Shown in pieces: positions 14,201-30,100 of a stretch of DNA of 64,000 nt. The stretch comes from Tubiluchus corallicola. Its lineage: Eukaryota > Animalia > Priapulida. A model generated the notes under the pieces. The model ran no database searches and was not told where the DNA came from. It was given only the letters and a program-made list of their open reading frames with translations. The DNA lies in contig JAQGDQ010000660.1 in the NCBI GenBank assembly GCA_030141605.1, forward strand, positions 53,053 through 117,052, given 5' to 3'. Both the position numbers and the translations under genes were made by a program. How positions within the stretch are numbered: position 1 is the first letter of the stretch; every line of letters starts with the position of its first letter.

Positions 14201-17200
14201 AAACACTGCAGTCTGCAGGTCAAAAATATGTAAATTTTAGAGGGCTTTCATAACATGTGGATGTTCGGATGCGGTGACGGTAGCTGCAGTTATTGCGGCA
14301 ACAGAGACATGTGCAATTGACAAGGTACGGCGATTGTAATGGATGCAACGAGATTTTTTGCGGTAACTTTTCATGCTGAACTTTGAAACCAAAATCTAAT
14401 GGGCAATTAAGTGTGATAATAATGCAATATAGATTAAGCTGTTAATGTTCTAATTAAGATTTAATATTGAACAGCAGCGCGAGAAAATTTTCCTGAAAGA
14501 TTTTTCTTTAGAAGTTAATAAAATGGACTCAGCTACAGTTGTCATAGAAAATGAATAAATTTTTGGCATTCTCACCATGTGGAGACTGACTTGAGATTTT
14601 TTTACGGGTAGGATGTGGGTCAGACTCGGAGTGTATTAATTTTTGGGTCAGGTGGCTCAAATAAAGTTTTTTTTACAATTTTTAAATATCTGCATGTAAC
14701 AACCCATGCTGCAATCTGCCGATGCAGCCAAACAAATTATGACTTATTACTCATTAGCAAGATATCGGGTAACAACTTGTTATAGTTTAAATCGGCATGA
14801 TTTAAAGTGGCTGCATTTTTTCACAGACATTCAGTAAATATAATGATGGAGAATTACAATGCGTGTCAATACAGAAATAGCCTTGAATCCAAATTACCTA
14901 TGTCCAAATAGTCAATGTGCCCAATTTGTCTTGTACTCAAATGACTTATCTGTCCAAATCTCCTTGTGCACAAATTACCTATGTGTCAAAATAGCCTTTT
15001 GTCCAAATGAGCTATGTTCCAAATGTTTTGTGTCCAAATTACCTAGTGTTAAAATAGCTTTGAATCCAACTTGCCCATGTGTCCAAATAGCCTGTGTCCT
15101 AAGTATCCTGTGTCCGAATAACCCGTATACAAAAAGTCTTGTGACGAAATGTGCTGTGTCCAAACATAATGATATTAACGATAACGATACGTATCAATAA
15201 TTATTGACAATCGTATCGATACAATTTTTTTTATTGTTGTATAATATAATATTGTTATCGTATCGATATAATTCTAGGTATATCATTGTTGTAATGAATT
15301 TGGCACGTATTGTTACTTATCGCTTGCCATTATAAAATTGCATCAATTGTCTTTTCTATTTATGTGCAGTAATTATTTGTAAAAGTGGATAAAAGAATAA
15401 TTTAAAATTATGAGCTTATCAGATGTTGATTTCATGCTAACAAAGTACAGATACACTTTGATACTGACTGGTGCATGCCAAATATACTGTATACTATTTT
15501 TAGTGTCACTTTCCCGGTGATGTGCAGCTCGCATAGATAAATATTTTTATCATAGTAATATGTTTGTCCATCACAGCTTACTTATGTATGAATCATTATG
15601 ACAAATAAAATTTCATAACTAGCTGCTAATTTAAGTATACAGCTCTGAACGCAATGATAATTTTAATTATCAATGGTACTTTTTCTGTTGTTGCAAAAAC
15701 TGCCTAATTTCAGTATCATTTTTATCGTTTGAAAAAATTTTATTGTATTGTGCTGTCTAAGAAGTAGATTATCATTATCGTGCCATTGGAAAAAAGAATT
15801 GTGTGGTGTCATTATTGCATCACCAAATTTGATCATTCAACATCCCTCTACAAATGTCTGTGTCAAAATGCCTGCACACCAGTATATAGTGTAGAAATAA
15901 TGTTTCTATTTGTTATTCTGTCTTCCAGAACCAATTGATGCAGTAGAGCTTTTAAAAGAAGACAGACTTTTGTACGTTGGCGTTCCCTTGAAGTTTATCA
16001 TGCGTGCTGGAAGTTTACGTCCCAATGTTAAAATAAAATGGCAAATGAGAGATGGTTATGAATTGAACCTTTTCCACAAGGACTTTATTCCTACATATAG
16101 ACTTCCAGCTTCTGTGCTGAGCTCTTTCAACATAAGTGTAGATGCTTTTGCCCCAGGTGTGGCTTATTTAGGTACTTATACGTACTTCACACCTGGCTTA
16201 TTTGAAGTCATTGTTGATGCGAAAGATGATGGTGGCAATTTACTTTGGAAAGGAAGTCTTGCATTAGATATTTTGAATGCCACTATTTGCTCAATTAGAG
16301 TAGCAGTTGTTAATACTAATCCTACCAAACAGGAAGCAGAAAATAATCCATTTAAAGTGAATCAAATGTTCTCTGTCACATCAACTTCAAGAATGTCTGA
16401 CTGTATTTTTGTAATTTCAACTGACTATAAATGGGAAGTTTACAGCATTTCGAATAAGTGGCCTGTACCTTGTCGTGAAAACAAAATGGAGTTGCCAAGA
16501 AGACTGCCCACTGACAAAAAATATATAATATTTCCCAAATACGTATTACTTCCTGCCACCTACACTGTTCGCCTTGTTGCAACTGTTACTACAAACACCA
16601 CTACTGGGCAAGGAAGATCTGAGGTATTGTATGTACTTTTCACTTTAATTTTTGTGTATTAGAAGAGCAAATAAATAGTTACTTGTGACAGTGATGTTCT
16701 TTAGTAGTACTTATTTATTTAGTTTAACATTAACAATTCTCAGTCTAATACATGTATCTGTAAGTGAAGAAAAAGCAAGACAAGCCAAGTTTATAGAGCT
16801 GCCACCTCGCTTGGTGCTAAAGATCAAAATTTTGGGGTATCTTGGCCTTTTAATGGATTATTTAGGCTATTAGTGATTGGGAATAGATTTTTTTGTCTGA
16901 TCACCTTAATATGAGAAAAAAGTAATCAGTGATCAGAAATAAAATCATAATCAAGTATAAGCAATTAAATCAGCTAATCAGATTATGCGAATATAATATG
17001 CAATTTTTAGTTGATCCTTGATCAATTACTGATCATCAGTTCATCATTTAACATAAAGTCCTAAATTATGCCTTGTATACTTTACAGATAGATTTCACGA
17101 CATAATTAACATGCTGGTAGATTTGTTAAAGTATTTAAGGAACTAATTTGTTAGAATACATTTACGATGTCAGTGTGGATAATTTATGCTGCTTTACACT

Positions 17201-20200
17201 AACTTTGAATGAAATTATTTTATTATTATGCTGTAAGTTTCGGAGATTTTACTTTGAATTTGTGACCAAAAGTTTTGTATTGCTAAAGATAGAGATGGGA
17301 GAAGTTGGACTAATTGGAAAGCAGACATTTTAATCATTTATAGCAGTAATATGCTGTACATTGATACTAAAATAGCTAAATTTTTGGCCTTATCTCTTCA
17401 AAAGTAAAAGTAAAGTAAAGTAAACGTCAACCCTGCAGTTTCTCTCAGTAACAAACCATGAACATTCACGACGTTAGTATTTTCTTTAGTTACTGGGTAA
17501 TTAAGACACAAACTTTTGCCTGTCTTCTCGATGTAACATTTTATTTAGGGCTGGATTGTTGTTGCAAGTTCCCCTGTAATAGCAGTCATTTATGGGGGCA
17601 CCCGAAGAGTTGTTTCATGGGAGGAAGAATTTACTTTGAATGCTTCTATGTCCTATGATCCAGATGTGAATCCTCTCAGTGACAAGAGATACCTGGGTTT
17701 TACGTAAGTACATTGTTAAGATGGGAATGTGAGTCAGTATCTGTTTATACATTTGGCCTTCATGAGCAGCCAGTCTTGTTTTTTTTATTAGTTTGCAACA
17801 TAAGCAAATCCTTATAATTGTTCTTGTTGCTATTGGAGGAAAAAATCAGCTTTTTCGTACTAAGACATAAGTCATTCTAAATGAGTCAAAGACCGTAGAC
17901 ACACATTTTTGAGTCTCTCTTTTGGTCTTAGCAAAGTGAATGACATTTGTCACAAAGATTTGCGGGGCCATTCTATTGTATAATTCAATGAAATTGTATA
18001 TTTGCAATATCCATAGACGTATAATCAACAGAGATTAACCAAGAATACAAGCTATATCAATTTTCAACTTGCATGTTTCAGTTGTATAGTAATATTTTTA
18101 TATTGTATTAGCTCAGAATGTGAAAGAGAATTTTTTATCATTGATGCTGTCTTGGAATTACAGATTTAAATGGTACTGTTACATTGGCATTGGTGAGATG
18201 CCTAGTGATGATGCTCCAGGATGCCCAGGTCAGCAGCAAGTGTTTATGAACAATTTACAGCAAAATGATTCCGGTAAGTAAAGCGAGTTATTTTGCTGCC
18301 GTTGAACAAGATTAGGTATAATAATCAACTTAGAGTTAATGTGTCGATGTACAGCAATGACTGTAATTTGTGCTGCAATATCATATTGGTGACCATCATG
18401 AAAAGTCTTTTCACTTTTCATTAGGCCTGTAACGATACGATTCATTGATCTATCGAGATACCTTTTGTGACAATACATGTATTGTCAAAGTGCGCTAGTT
18501 ACGCGATTATCTGAATTGTTCTGTTTAGCACATGTTTGTCAGTCCGCTAACAAAAACAATGTGAAATAATTCAAGCTACAGTTATAGAATGTACTATGTA
18601 TACTTAACAGTCAGTGCAGTAAGCACAGCTTTAGCAGACTAGGCACAGGTAGACCTGCTGCTAACAACCAGCGCGAAGCAGTTGAAAGCACATGTATTTA
18701 TAATAATCTATAGTAGTCTAATTAAATATTTGTTTATAACTTTCTGAAGCAGCTTACAATAAATGTAGACAGGAAAATGCAAGTGCTTATTTTAAATCAA
18801 AAGTGCTGAAACGTTTTTCATTTCTACTGGCTTACAATGTAAACAGTACAAGAGTATAAGCAAAAATCTAACAGTTTGCTGAATCATTGTAGCACTCACT
18901 TGGCAATTTTAAAATTGTTGATAAATCTAATATATATATTGAAATTTTAATATATCAGTATATCATATTATAGCATATTAACAGCTGAAGCTAGTTTTTA
19001 TTAAAGCCTGCAAACGTTAACTCAATGTGTATTATTATTATGTTGGTATCGTGATATGTATTGTATCGTGACTTAGATGTACCATTACAGCACTACTTTT
19101 TATTGTAAGAAATCAAAAATGATCAAAGTTTTTGAATAGCTAACGTCACCAATAATTGTTATTATATAGCATATATTTTAAACGATTAAAGGACAAGGAA
19201 GAATTTTGGTATCATTGCTGTTGCTATCCTGATTATTGCTTTTGCAGTTGTTGCACTGTTGTTGTTACTGTGCTGTGGTACTTAAGCTTTACTATTGTTC
19301 TTGAACCTATTTATGTTCTTACAGATTGTGTGACTATTGATTTCAAATTTTTATTGTTCAGTGTTTGTGCTTGCTAATGTGACTTTGAAATTTTCACTTC
19401 TTTTATCATTTGTGTTTTTAACTGATGGTCTTTCTTTTCTATAGTTATTTATATGTCTGGAAATAATTTCACTGCCCTTGAGAGATATACATTTGTTGTT
19501 GAAGTTAAAAAGGGTGTGAGAGCAAAAAGATACACACAGGTTATTGAAGTTCTAGCAGGACAACGTCCAACTTTAGATATCAAGTAAGCAAGATTTGGAA
19601 CTAATCTTATTGTTTATTGTTCTTTATTCTTTACAGTTCACCTACTTTTGACACAAGCTACAAAAGAGTTGTTTAAGATGAATGAACTTTTAGGTTTCTT
19701 TTGCATGTTTCCTGTTATAATACATTCGAAATCTATTCAATGCAATTTTCAGTACTAAACTTTCAGCTGTTCAAAGCATTTAGCTTCTTAAGCAACTGGT
19801 AAGGTGCAAGCTGTACATAAATAAATTGGACTGTTGAAAATTAGAACATTTTCCTGATAGATTTAAAAGCTTTTCTTTTGACAAGATCAGAAGGCAGTCT
19901 AGGTTAAATGTTATTAGTTTTTAGTTTTACCCCCCCCCCCCCTATTTAAATTATGACTTTGAATTCCAAAAACGAACATACTATAGCATTGTGTATCTCA
20001 TCAACTATTAAGCAACCCGGTAATAGTTGGAAAAAAGATGCTGAAAAATTGTGAACCAGTCAAGTTTTGAACCCGAGGTCTTAGGATTAAAAAGTTCCTG
20101 TATCTAACAGCGCTGATTACTCATGTTGCAAGCTGAGCTACTTCACAATTTATAGCCTTTAAAATTCAACTAGCCGTATTAAAACATAAAGTTTGTATTA

Positions 20201-21075
20201 CGATGTGTTTATGAAAATTAAAATTCAATCAATCAATGTGCTATTGCAGATGCTTGTTGAATTGTGGTATGAAAATGAATCCCAGTGAAGCTATGTCATT
20301 CCAAGTTGAGTGCATCAGCTGTAATTACTCGGATGCAAGCCTTGTAGAATCTCTCAATTACATTTGGGCTATTGAGCCGCTAGATATTGAAAACAAAGAT
20401 TTGATTGTTGATCCACATGATACAAGTGTGAGTGTCAACACTGATACTTTTGTCATCAAACCAGATGCACTTAAACAAGGCTATACCTATTTTGTAACAG
20501 TTAAAGGTAAGCGATCTCTTGTGTCATAACATCGTTTAGTCTTTTGCTGAATTACTGCTGTGTTTGCCTCTCTTTCTTTTATTTTATTATTCTGCCTGCC
20601 CAATGTCTGCATTTGACGTAATATGTATATGGTGATATGATGATCATCTCTTGTGATATTTTAGGAACTTCTCATCTCAGCAAAACTTTAACAAAACGAG
20701 AGCAGGGTGATCTAGAAGTAACTTTTGTATGCTGTTAATTTTACATCAAAGTTTTATGTATCATTTTAAACTATTTATTGTCTGTGCAAAATTCAATGTT
20801 TTTAGCTATTAAAAATAGTAGTTGTACCTTTTGGAGTCACCGCTTTTAGTGACAGTGACATGCAATTTAAACAAATATTTAATATTGTATACCTCCCGCT
20901 TCTCTCAGTCACAATGTACAAAATATGGAAGTAGATGTTTTTTAAGTCATGGATATGTATTGTAAGGAACTTTAATGTTTAGTATGCTGACTTGTTTATT
21001 TTGCATTATTGATGGCTTTATGTTTGTTTAACTTTAAAAAACTTATAGTTAACTTTTATTAATGTTATTATTATT

Positions 21076-21110
<35 letters not shown>

Positions 21111-24100
21111 TATTATTAATATTACATTTGTATAACTTTATACACCTCAGTGGGTTAGATAACGGTGCATTAATTAAGAATCAGTATATTGTATATAATG
21201 TGGATTTGAAGTGAGATTTTGAACATTTTCTATGTTAGGTAAAGCTAAAGGTTTTTTCTTATATTTCAGGTGGCCCTGGTGGTGATGCATGTGGAATTGC
21301 TTATTTCCAATTTACTGTAAATGAGGCTCCCAGAACCAATACCTGTACTCTATCACGCTCTGAAGGTAAATGTATTATATTGGTATTTTGACTGTGGTCT
21401 CACTTTCAAATGGCAGGAATTACCTCACTTTTTTACATCAGATGATCACTACTTAATCCTTGCAATTTTATAAATATTCCTTTTTTCCTTAATATATATG
21501 TGTATTGTATATCCGTAACTGATTGCTAGAGTTCTGGTGTGTGGCAAAATAAGTACATTAAATATGCATTTTGGATAGTTTTTTCAACAATATTAGTTAC
21601 ATTTTTGGTTTACTAGCTTGTGATATAACATTTTTTCACTACAAACAGATTTTTTCCCATGAAGCTGGTTTATTTTTTGTTCTCATTGTTCTTGTTCATG
21701 TGATAATTTTTTAATCAATTTTTATATTGTGACATCTTTAGAGTAACTTTGTTTCTGAATTTATACAATAAAACAGATCTATGGCAACAGTGAAAAATAG
21801 ATTCCATGGCATCGCTAAATTCTGTTGCAAACGTCACAATCAGACAGTTGGCAGGGCACAAGTTTAACACTGGTCCGCCCGGAAATTCGGTAAATCCACT
21901 CGAGAACATGCAGAAGTAGTCTGAAAACTGGTCCTATGGCCATTATACTAAGTTTGCTATGTTTATTATGTCTCCATATCAATCAAACCTTGTATCTTTT
22001 TCGAGTTGATACAAACAGTTAGCCAAGCCCATTTACACTAATTTGTAATGTTTTAGCATAGTTTAAATTAAAATAGTTGTCTAAAAATCATCTAAATGCC
22101 TTATCACATGTAGTTTTCACTCATGTGTTACTGCTGTCGTGTTAGTGGCATTCTCGCTGGCGCTTGTTGGAATTGAACCACGTCACTTACTCGCACACCA
22201 AACTATTTTAGAAAGGCATAAATATGAAATAAAACAAATGAAATACAAATATATTTGACTAAAATGTATGCAGATAACATTTCAATAGCTTTTGCATAGC
22301 ATTCAACTAGAAAATTGATTTTTGTTTGTTGAAAACTCTGCTGTATTCACTTCTTACGATGCCATTGGACACAATTACTTATCAACCGCACAGCATATGT
22401 GTACGAACAGCATAGCAACCAAAAATAAGTAAAAACAAAAAACAGTGTTGTTTGTGAGTTTTTTAGTAAAATAGTTAAATGAGGAATTTACTGTTAAGGT
22501 AAGCAACAAGTGAGCAACCCAATGCTTTGCATTCCAAACTATGATGGCAGGCTCATCATGACTGAGTGCTTTTTATGACTAGTGTGTAGTCACAATGAGT
22601 CCTGGGTACTGTCACTTGTAAACCTTAGCTGTTTACCTCAGGTTTATATGTCCAAACATGGTTGTAACACTTCAGGTGGTTTAGTGGCTCTTAGAGGTTC
22701 CTTGATAATAAGCCAGACTTTTGTCTTTCAACAAATTTATTGAATAGATCTTGCAGTTGAACCCTGATTTCTGGGTTGCAATATGGTGAAGTGTATTAAA
22801 AAATAGTCAGAATAGCATGGTGCATGCTTGGTTCTGGTGCAAGCACCAACTTACAAACATCATCCCTAGCATCTTTGCATTAACCCAATATAGTTTACAA
22901 AGTATCTTTTTGCGTAGGTGTATCATTCAAAGATGAATTTACAATAAACTGTGAAAGCTATATTGATGGTGACACACCACTTACTTATGAATTTTACTAC
23001 AGAACTTTGGAAAAACCTGGCAATGACATATCAGATGGTAAAACATTTTCAGCTGTTGTTATATCATGTGTTTTCATTATCTGACTCTGTCTGAGACTGT
23101 CTCCTTTTAATATTCATGAGCTTCAATTTCATATGTTGAAACCCATTGCTAGCGTAATATGTCTAATGCATCTTTCCTGCAGTCATATAGTCGTAGAGTA
23201 CATTTACTCAAGTAAAAAACTCGTTCATTTTTTTCCAGCAATACTTCTCTATTTTACTGACATAAAGTCTTCACTGCCTGCTACAAAACTGCCACCTGGA
23301 AACATTGATAGGAATTATGAAGCCGACATTATTGTGCGAGTTCTTGATATATATAAGACAAGTACATCACGTACATTCACAGTTCGTGTAAGTTCAATTA
23401 CATTTTTTGTGTACGGTACACACAGCATTACTTTGTTCACAGTGTCATTTTGAAACTATATTAATAATTTTGTGATTAGACTGTACATATTACTGTCAAA
23501 GGATTTGAACTTCTTATTTTGAAACACAATATTAGTTTTGTCTGGATACAAAATTAAACGAACATTTCATTTCACATTTTTATTACATTGTTCTGTTCTA
23601 GGTAACTCCTGCAGAAGAACCATTAGAGGCTCTTAGAAAGTTTGCAGTAACGAGAGACCCCAAGAAACCATGTGAACTAGATCAGCTAGTAGCTGCTGGC
23701 AATGCTAATGGTATTTAGATAAGAAAGTTATATAGATTACAGAATTTGCTTGAGTCTCCTTTCCTCTCTTCATTAGCCATTGCTTAATTGTTGTTATAAT
23801 CCATTGTTCAGAATTAGCTAGCAATTGATTTCTTGATGTTTTACACTGTTTTATCTGATTTTTAATCTAATCTCTCTGTCTGTGTTGATGTTACTGCTTT
23901 TCGTGCATTTTGAGTTTAGATTGCAGTTATAGACATTTTCTTTATCAAGGAATTTAAGCGAGTGATTTATTTTTTGCTAACAGTTATTACTAGTTTTGGC
24001 AGGCAGTCATTATTTTTTAGGTGACCGACCCATATTTGAGTTGCTAGTCCCAAAGAACTTAAAGATCTCACAACCTTTCACCTAAGATTTTCCAGTCCAT

Positions 24101-27100
24101 ATGATCATGAAATTATTTGAAACACTAGTACCCGCTAGCTAGTCAGTTTAAGCATTTAGTGCCTGTTCCGAACTTGGCACTGATGCTTCCATCACTGCCT
24201 TGTTTCATTGGCTGAAACACGTCAAACAAAATTACTACTGCAGGGCATACTAAGCAAATTAACGAGCATTTTTAATCGCTTTTTCTAGGTATTATAAATT
24301 TTGCTGCAACAGCAGTTAATACATTAAATGCTCCTAGAAGTGTGCCAGAGACAGCTGAGGAGGAAACTAAAAAGCAAGAGGAGGACAAAATTAGAACTGA
24401 GGTAATTGTTGCAAATGGAATTATATGTCTCTAGCTTTTCAATGCTTGGTTGTTTGGTGCGTACAGTGCTCGTACTATCAAATTGTTGAAGTGAAATAAG
24501 TGAATGATCATTAAATAATGAAATTTTTGACTTTTTCGGTTGGTCCAGTTTACTATTCTCATAGACATTTGCCTTCCTCTTTAATTATCAGATCAGCTAG
24601 CCAGAAATGTGCCTTTTGTTATTTTACTTTTTTGTTTCTTGATAACTAGTATAGACTCAGCTTAAATTAATTGTAAATAGTTTTTGTAAGTCAGCTAGTA
24701 AGTTGATTCATTGGGTCACCACGACTTCTAAACAAAATGTTACCATTGCTTGAAGTAAAATACTGTAATCAAATCTAATTAAACTAGGCCAAAAAACATT
24801 TGGCTGGTAAGGAATTAGTTACATTGCTTTGCAGGACACTGCGAAAAAGGAATACCATCTCCGAGCAGGCATAATTTTTGCAACTTTCATTGATGGAAAA
24901 ATTATGTAGCATTATTTTTTGAACATATACTTTTGTAAAATGGCAATTCTTAGAAATCATGCAATGGGTCCTGTTTTTTTTTGTATGTCTGTTTATACTA
25001 GAAATGTTGTGGACTGTTCCCAGCCTAACTTGTTGCAACATTTCTTAACTCGACTTTTTTGCAGGTTAGGTCTGCTTTAATTAAAGCACTTGAACAGTTG
25101 CCGGTGCACGGTTTTGCTTCAATGAAACAGTTAGCTGGGTTGCTTAATCAAGCAAGTCTTATCTTTGAAGAACTGACTTACGAAGCAAAGGTTAGTTATT
25201 TGATGCACTGTTTTGTCATTAAATAACCATTATAACTATAATATATGTTTAATTACTCGTAATAGATTCTGTGATTAGCAGCAAGCTTGAAGAGTTATAC
25301 TATTTTATATCCATAGTGTCCTGTACGCTACCTAACAACAATTGTCATGTGATCTTCCCGCAAGCTCTAGAAATATCCCTACAGAGAGTGGGTAGTTTTT
25401 CCGTATTTGAGATCTAAAATGCTATAATACAATAATGCAGGTCCGATAAATGAATGCATTAAAATCAGTATAGTGATTTTTCTGTGTAATTTTAATGCAG
25501 TAATGTATACTCAAATTCGGACATCGGGTAAATGCAGCATATTATTCAATTTTTAAGAGGCATTATACTTTCTCATACTTGAGGAACAATACAGTTTCTT
25601 TTGTTTTTCAATACGACAAAAATCAAAGATGGATTCGTGGATGTTTTTAACGAAGACTTCTACTGTTATCTACCTTACAAAACATATTTCGAAAGCCATT
25701 ATGGGTTTCTTCCTCGTGCAGTGCGTATGTGAGCTACGTGGCACACCTCGAAATGGAAGATTGTAGATGAGGCCTAACAAAAATACAAAAAGTGTTCTCC
25801 CCATGGCAGATTGCTGTGCACATGTAATTTGTCTGCTAAGTTTCAACAAAGATCTCAGGTATCAAAAGTGGTAAACAATTAGATTCAAGAAAAATATCTC
25901 AAGAGAGTTTGGAGGACTAGTGTAAGCTCCCCATAATTGAAGCATCATGATTGAAGATTAATTTAGCAACTTACATTGGAACCAGGGTCTACTTCTATAA
26001 GAAAATACTAAACTTAAAAGTAAATTAAAAAATTCAAAATTTGTTCTACACAACTGGATCTGTTAAAAATAAGTTTTATTATGCACATACAATTTTCATT
26101 AATTTTACTCTAACGATGGTTTTGTTCGAATTAGTTGAAAAATGATATATGTACATCTGTACGTACTTATTATATTATATGCTAACCTTAACTGTGTGAG
26201 CAGGAACATAACCATAGTAATCGTTTATTTCACACAGTATCATGCTATTAGAAAGATTCCTTTTCATGCTTTTTTAATAAAATGTGGAACATCTGATGAA
26301 AGAAAGCTGGACAAAATTGCTTAATCTTTTTGTTTAGATTTCACTTATAGATGCACTTTTAAAGATTGCAATGTTTATGAGTGATCTAACAGAATTTGCA
26401 GACTTGTCAGTTCTACAGGACACTATGAGGTAAGTTGTTAATTACACCCAGGTTTTCATATTTCATTGCCCATAATTGTTAACTACTTGAACTGTACAGT
26501 AAAGCAGCACCGATAACTTCATTGCTAACCCTGCGTTTAACTGTAGTACATGATTGTACATAGCTTCTCATTAGTCTTTCAATTTTTAAAGTTGGATGGT
26601 AAGTGAGAGAAATAGGCTTAGCATAAGGCATTGTATACCTTGCAGTTAATTCAAAATTGTAACACTTGTATACTGTGTTAGATGAATTTTTCTTATCATT
26701 TTTGTAACATAGTACTTTATCGCATTACTCACTATTTGTAAACATAATGGCATATTTGTTTTTTTTTACCTTATTTTACACGAACTTTTTAGCATGTTAA
26801 TTATGATTTCGGAAATAAATCAGATTTTTATGTTAAAGGTTTCTAGTTGCTGGTGCGGCGAAAGCATACGAGCCTCTTGTGAAGGACTATCGAATCGAAT
26901 TGCTTGGCTTAGAGACTAATGAATCATTAACTATAAAAGAAAATACAGATATTGCGGTAATTAGAAATCAGGTAATGTGATTTGATTGTTCCCATTTTCC
27001 ATTTTCATATTTTGTATCTCACAGGCGGATTTCTAATGGAATAAGAGAGGGGCGATCAGCACCCCAAACTTTCCAGCTAGGGGCCTGGATAGGGCTGTTT

Positions 27101-30100
27101 TTGTGTTTTTGCTATTCTTAATTTAAGTAATTTGTTATCTCACCACCCCTGCTATCTCAGATATTGTAGCGTTGATGGTCTAACATTCTAAGAGCTCTTT
27201 TCATACCATACAATTTTATATTAAAATTGAAATAGTAAACTAAAAGTGATTAAAAGTAATTTGATTTTATTGCCATTATCAACACAGCAAGCATACTAAC
27301 ACATTTCCATAATAAGTTCTAATGAATATTGCAAGTTTTTGAATTCATTACAGTTTTGCATACAGCAGTAATTCATATAAAATGAAATTTCCATACATAT
27401 AAGCTTAGCTTTATTGATCGTCTGCTTTTCTCGATAGTTGGTAGTTGTTACTGCACAGATTCATAGAAAGGTGGGGTGCCAAAAGCAATCACCTCCGGGT
27501 GCAAGGGTGAGAAGGTGCAAAATTCTTCTAGTTCAGTGACCCTTATTCATTGACATTATTTATTTATTATTAATTATTAATTATGAATCCAACATTAACA
27601 AAAGTTTTCAAATTGCATCAAAATTGCCTAGTCAGAAATCATTGTAGCCAACTTAATTACTACATACGGCCTACAAAAAAGGCTATTATTGTTACTTTCA
27701 TAACTTTGCATGTTTTTATGCTGGAGCAGAATGTTTAAAGGTTCTCATGTTATGAGCAACTTATATATAGAAAAGAGTTATTCTGGTGCAGTACCACAAA
27801 TCAAACTCTGGGCGATTCTTTGTTTTTTTTTGTTTGGAAATGTTTGTTTATCTTTTTCCCATCATGAAAAAGCAAAGTCAGACTCAGGGATGCAAAATAT
27901 GTGCACAATTTATGGCTTCATCCACGAAACAAATGATGAATACATTTAAGGAGCGCCAGAAGTTTTAATGTCCCCGGGTGCCACAAGCACTTGCTACACC
28001 ACTGTTAGTGAATTAAAAATTTTGTTTCAATCAAAAGCAATTTTATATGCTTCAAAATTTTTTAGGCAGAAGTTTTGGTGGAAAAACTATACAATTTAAC
28101 TGTTATTATCAGCTCTGCTGTTTTTCATCATATGTTTGATCAAGATAAGCCTCTCGAAGCAGAAACAGAGTTCATAACTATGCATTTTGAAAGACAGTCT
28201 CTTCTTCATTTGGGAGGTAATTGCTTTCTTTATTAATATTTGATTGACATGTATTATATTGATCTCCAACATTAGTGCATGATGTGCCACTGCATCTGTA
28301 ATTTTTTGTGAACAGTCCATGAATCACCTTAATGAGTGTTTTATGCCACACATTTCAACCTGGTAGCAAGGGGCTAAATTTATATAATAGTGTGAGAAAA
28401 TGTCATCTATTTATTTTATCACTTTTTCTTGTGTAAAGTATGGAATAAATCTTGAGTCATTTTTGTTGCTAGAATTAACAATCTTGGTTTTACTTCTGAG
28501 TAGTGGTCAACATTACCTTGTGTTGTTACCTTACACAATCTGCTTATTAAACTACTGAAATGAAATTCTATGTATATGCAGGTACAAGAATTGACTTAAA
28601 AAGAATCGGATATTTTATAATGCCATCTCTTTCGTCATTGTTGTTACTTGGGTCAGAGGTAACAGACATAATTAATGTAACGGTAAGAAAATAAATAATT
28701 TATGTATAAAAAATAATTCAAAATAAATTCTGGTATGAGAGAAGAATATTTGCACTTTCATTTATTGCAAGATTTTAAATTTTTTTAATGCTAACCAGTA
28801 CTTAATATGTATACTATATGTACTATATGTATGCATATATACTAGTCCAAACCTGTGTTTGTCATCACTAATTGATTCATTCAATCTTAACTATACAACA
28901 TTTGTATTTTTTGTTCATAAAGGCCACAAATGTTTAACATGAAGATTAAAAGTAAAAGTAATTTAAACAAAATTTAGACAAAACAAAGTGTCAAAAATGA
29001 AATGCTTAAATGTTAACATATTTTTGTCGTTTGATAATTTTACTTCGTTCTTGTAGTAAGTATAATCTTGCGATTATAATTTTTCAGAATAAGTTGTGTA
29101 ACCAAAAGTTTCTAATGATTATACTGAATATGTATATGTCATTGGTATATGTTTGCTTTTTTATTTTGTTTTTTTTGTAATGCAACCTTTATCCTTATTT
29201 CGTTTTTACCTTAGCTTTTTTGACATTTGACGTTGTCTTACTGCTTTTGCCACTTACTCTCCCCTAACACAATTCATAGAAAGGGTTTTGTCTATCCTAT
29301 TGCTTTGCTGTCATCTAATTTGTCTTAAGTAAATGGTATATCATTAGTTACAACAAAAACGTATATTGTGAAGGAAACAAATTAACTGACAAACTTTAAG
29401 TGTTACAAATAAAAAGTAAAATTGTTAACTCTAAAATAAGAAAGTACTACAAGACCTTAAATACTGCTTGTTCAATCAAGTGTAAAAACTTTTTTACAGG
29501 TTTTAAGTGTCGCTGCAAATCCAGTTGTTTGGGGTAATTCCTTCTATCAAGCTAATACACGTGTTGCAAAAGTACTGTTTCAGGACATAGCCAATAAGTC
29601 TAAAGAAGAAACAATACAGCTTGTACAACCATTTGAGTACATTTTAAATATATCAGGTATTTCTAACCTTTTGTATCTTCATGTAATGCCTTATTCTTTA
29701 TCTTGTTAATTGAGTTTTTAACTTCCACAGTTTGTGAGATGTTGTCTGTGTTTTAAAAAAATATTTTTATGACATTTCTTTGTGTTTATATTTTCAAATA
29801 ACAATGAAGCCAAACAATGTTTGCATGTCAGTCAGCTAACATGTTGTAGAGCACTAATTGACACAGTTATACATATAATTACTTGGTTGCACGAGTATAT
29901 TATGAATGTGCAAGTAAATTGTGCCAATTTAGCACTACAAGAAAAATGAAAACATATGTACATTTTAACAATGCTATTCAGTATTTAAGCTTTTATATCA
30001 AAATGCACAAGTATTATGACTATTGTACATTTTTTGCCAAAGTACTTTTTCATTTTACTGTTTCGTTTATACTAAAGCTTAGTAAATGGTGAACTTCTTC

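Noticed and set aside
14859-15200. Cys-rich 113-aa ORF
   Set aside because: The Cys/Pro periodicity is the translation of the 15-bp TGTCCAAA array, whose inverted copy lies at 13820-13985.
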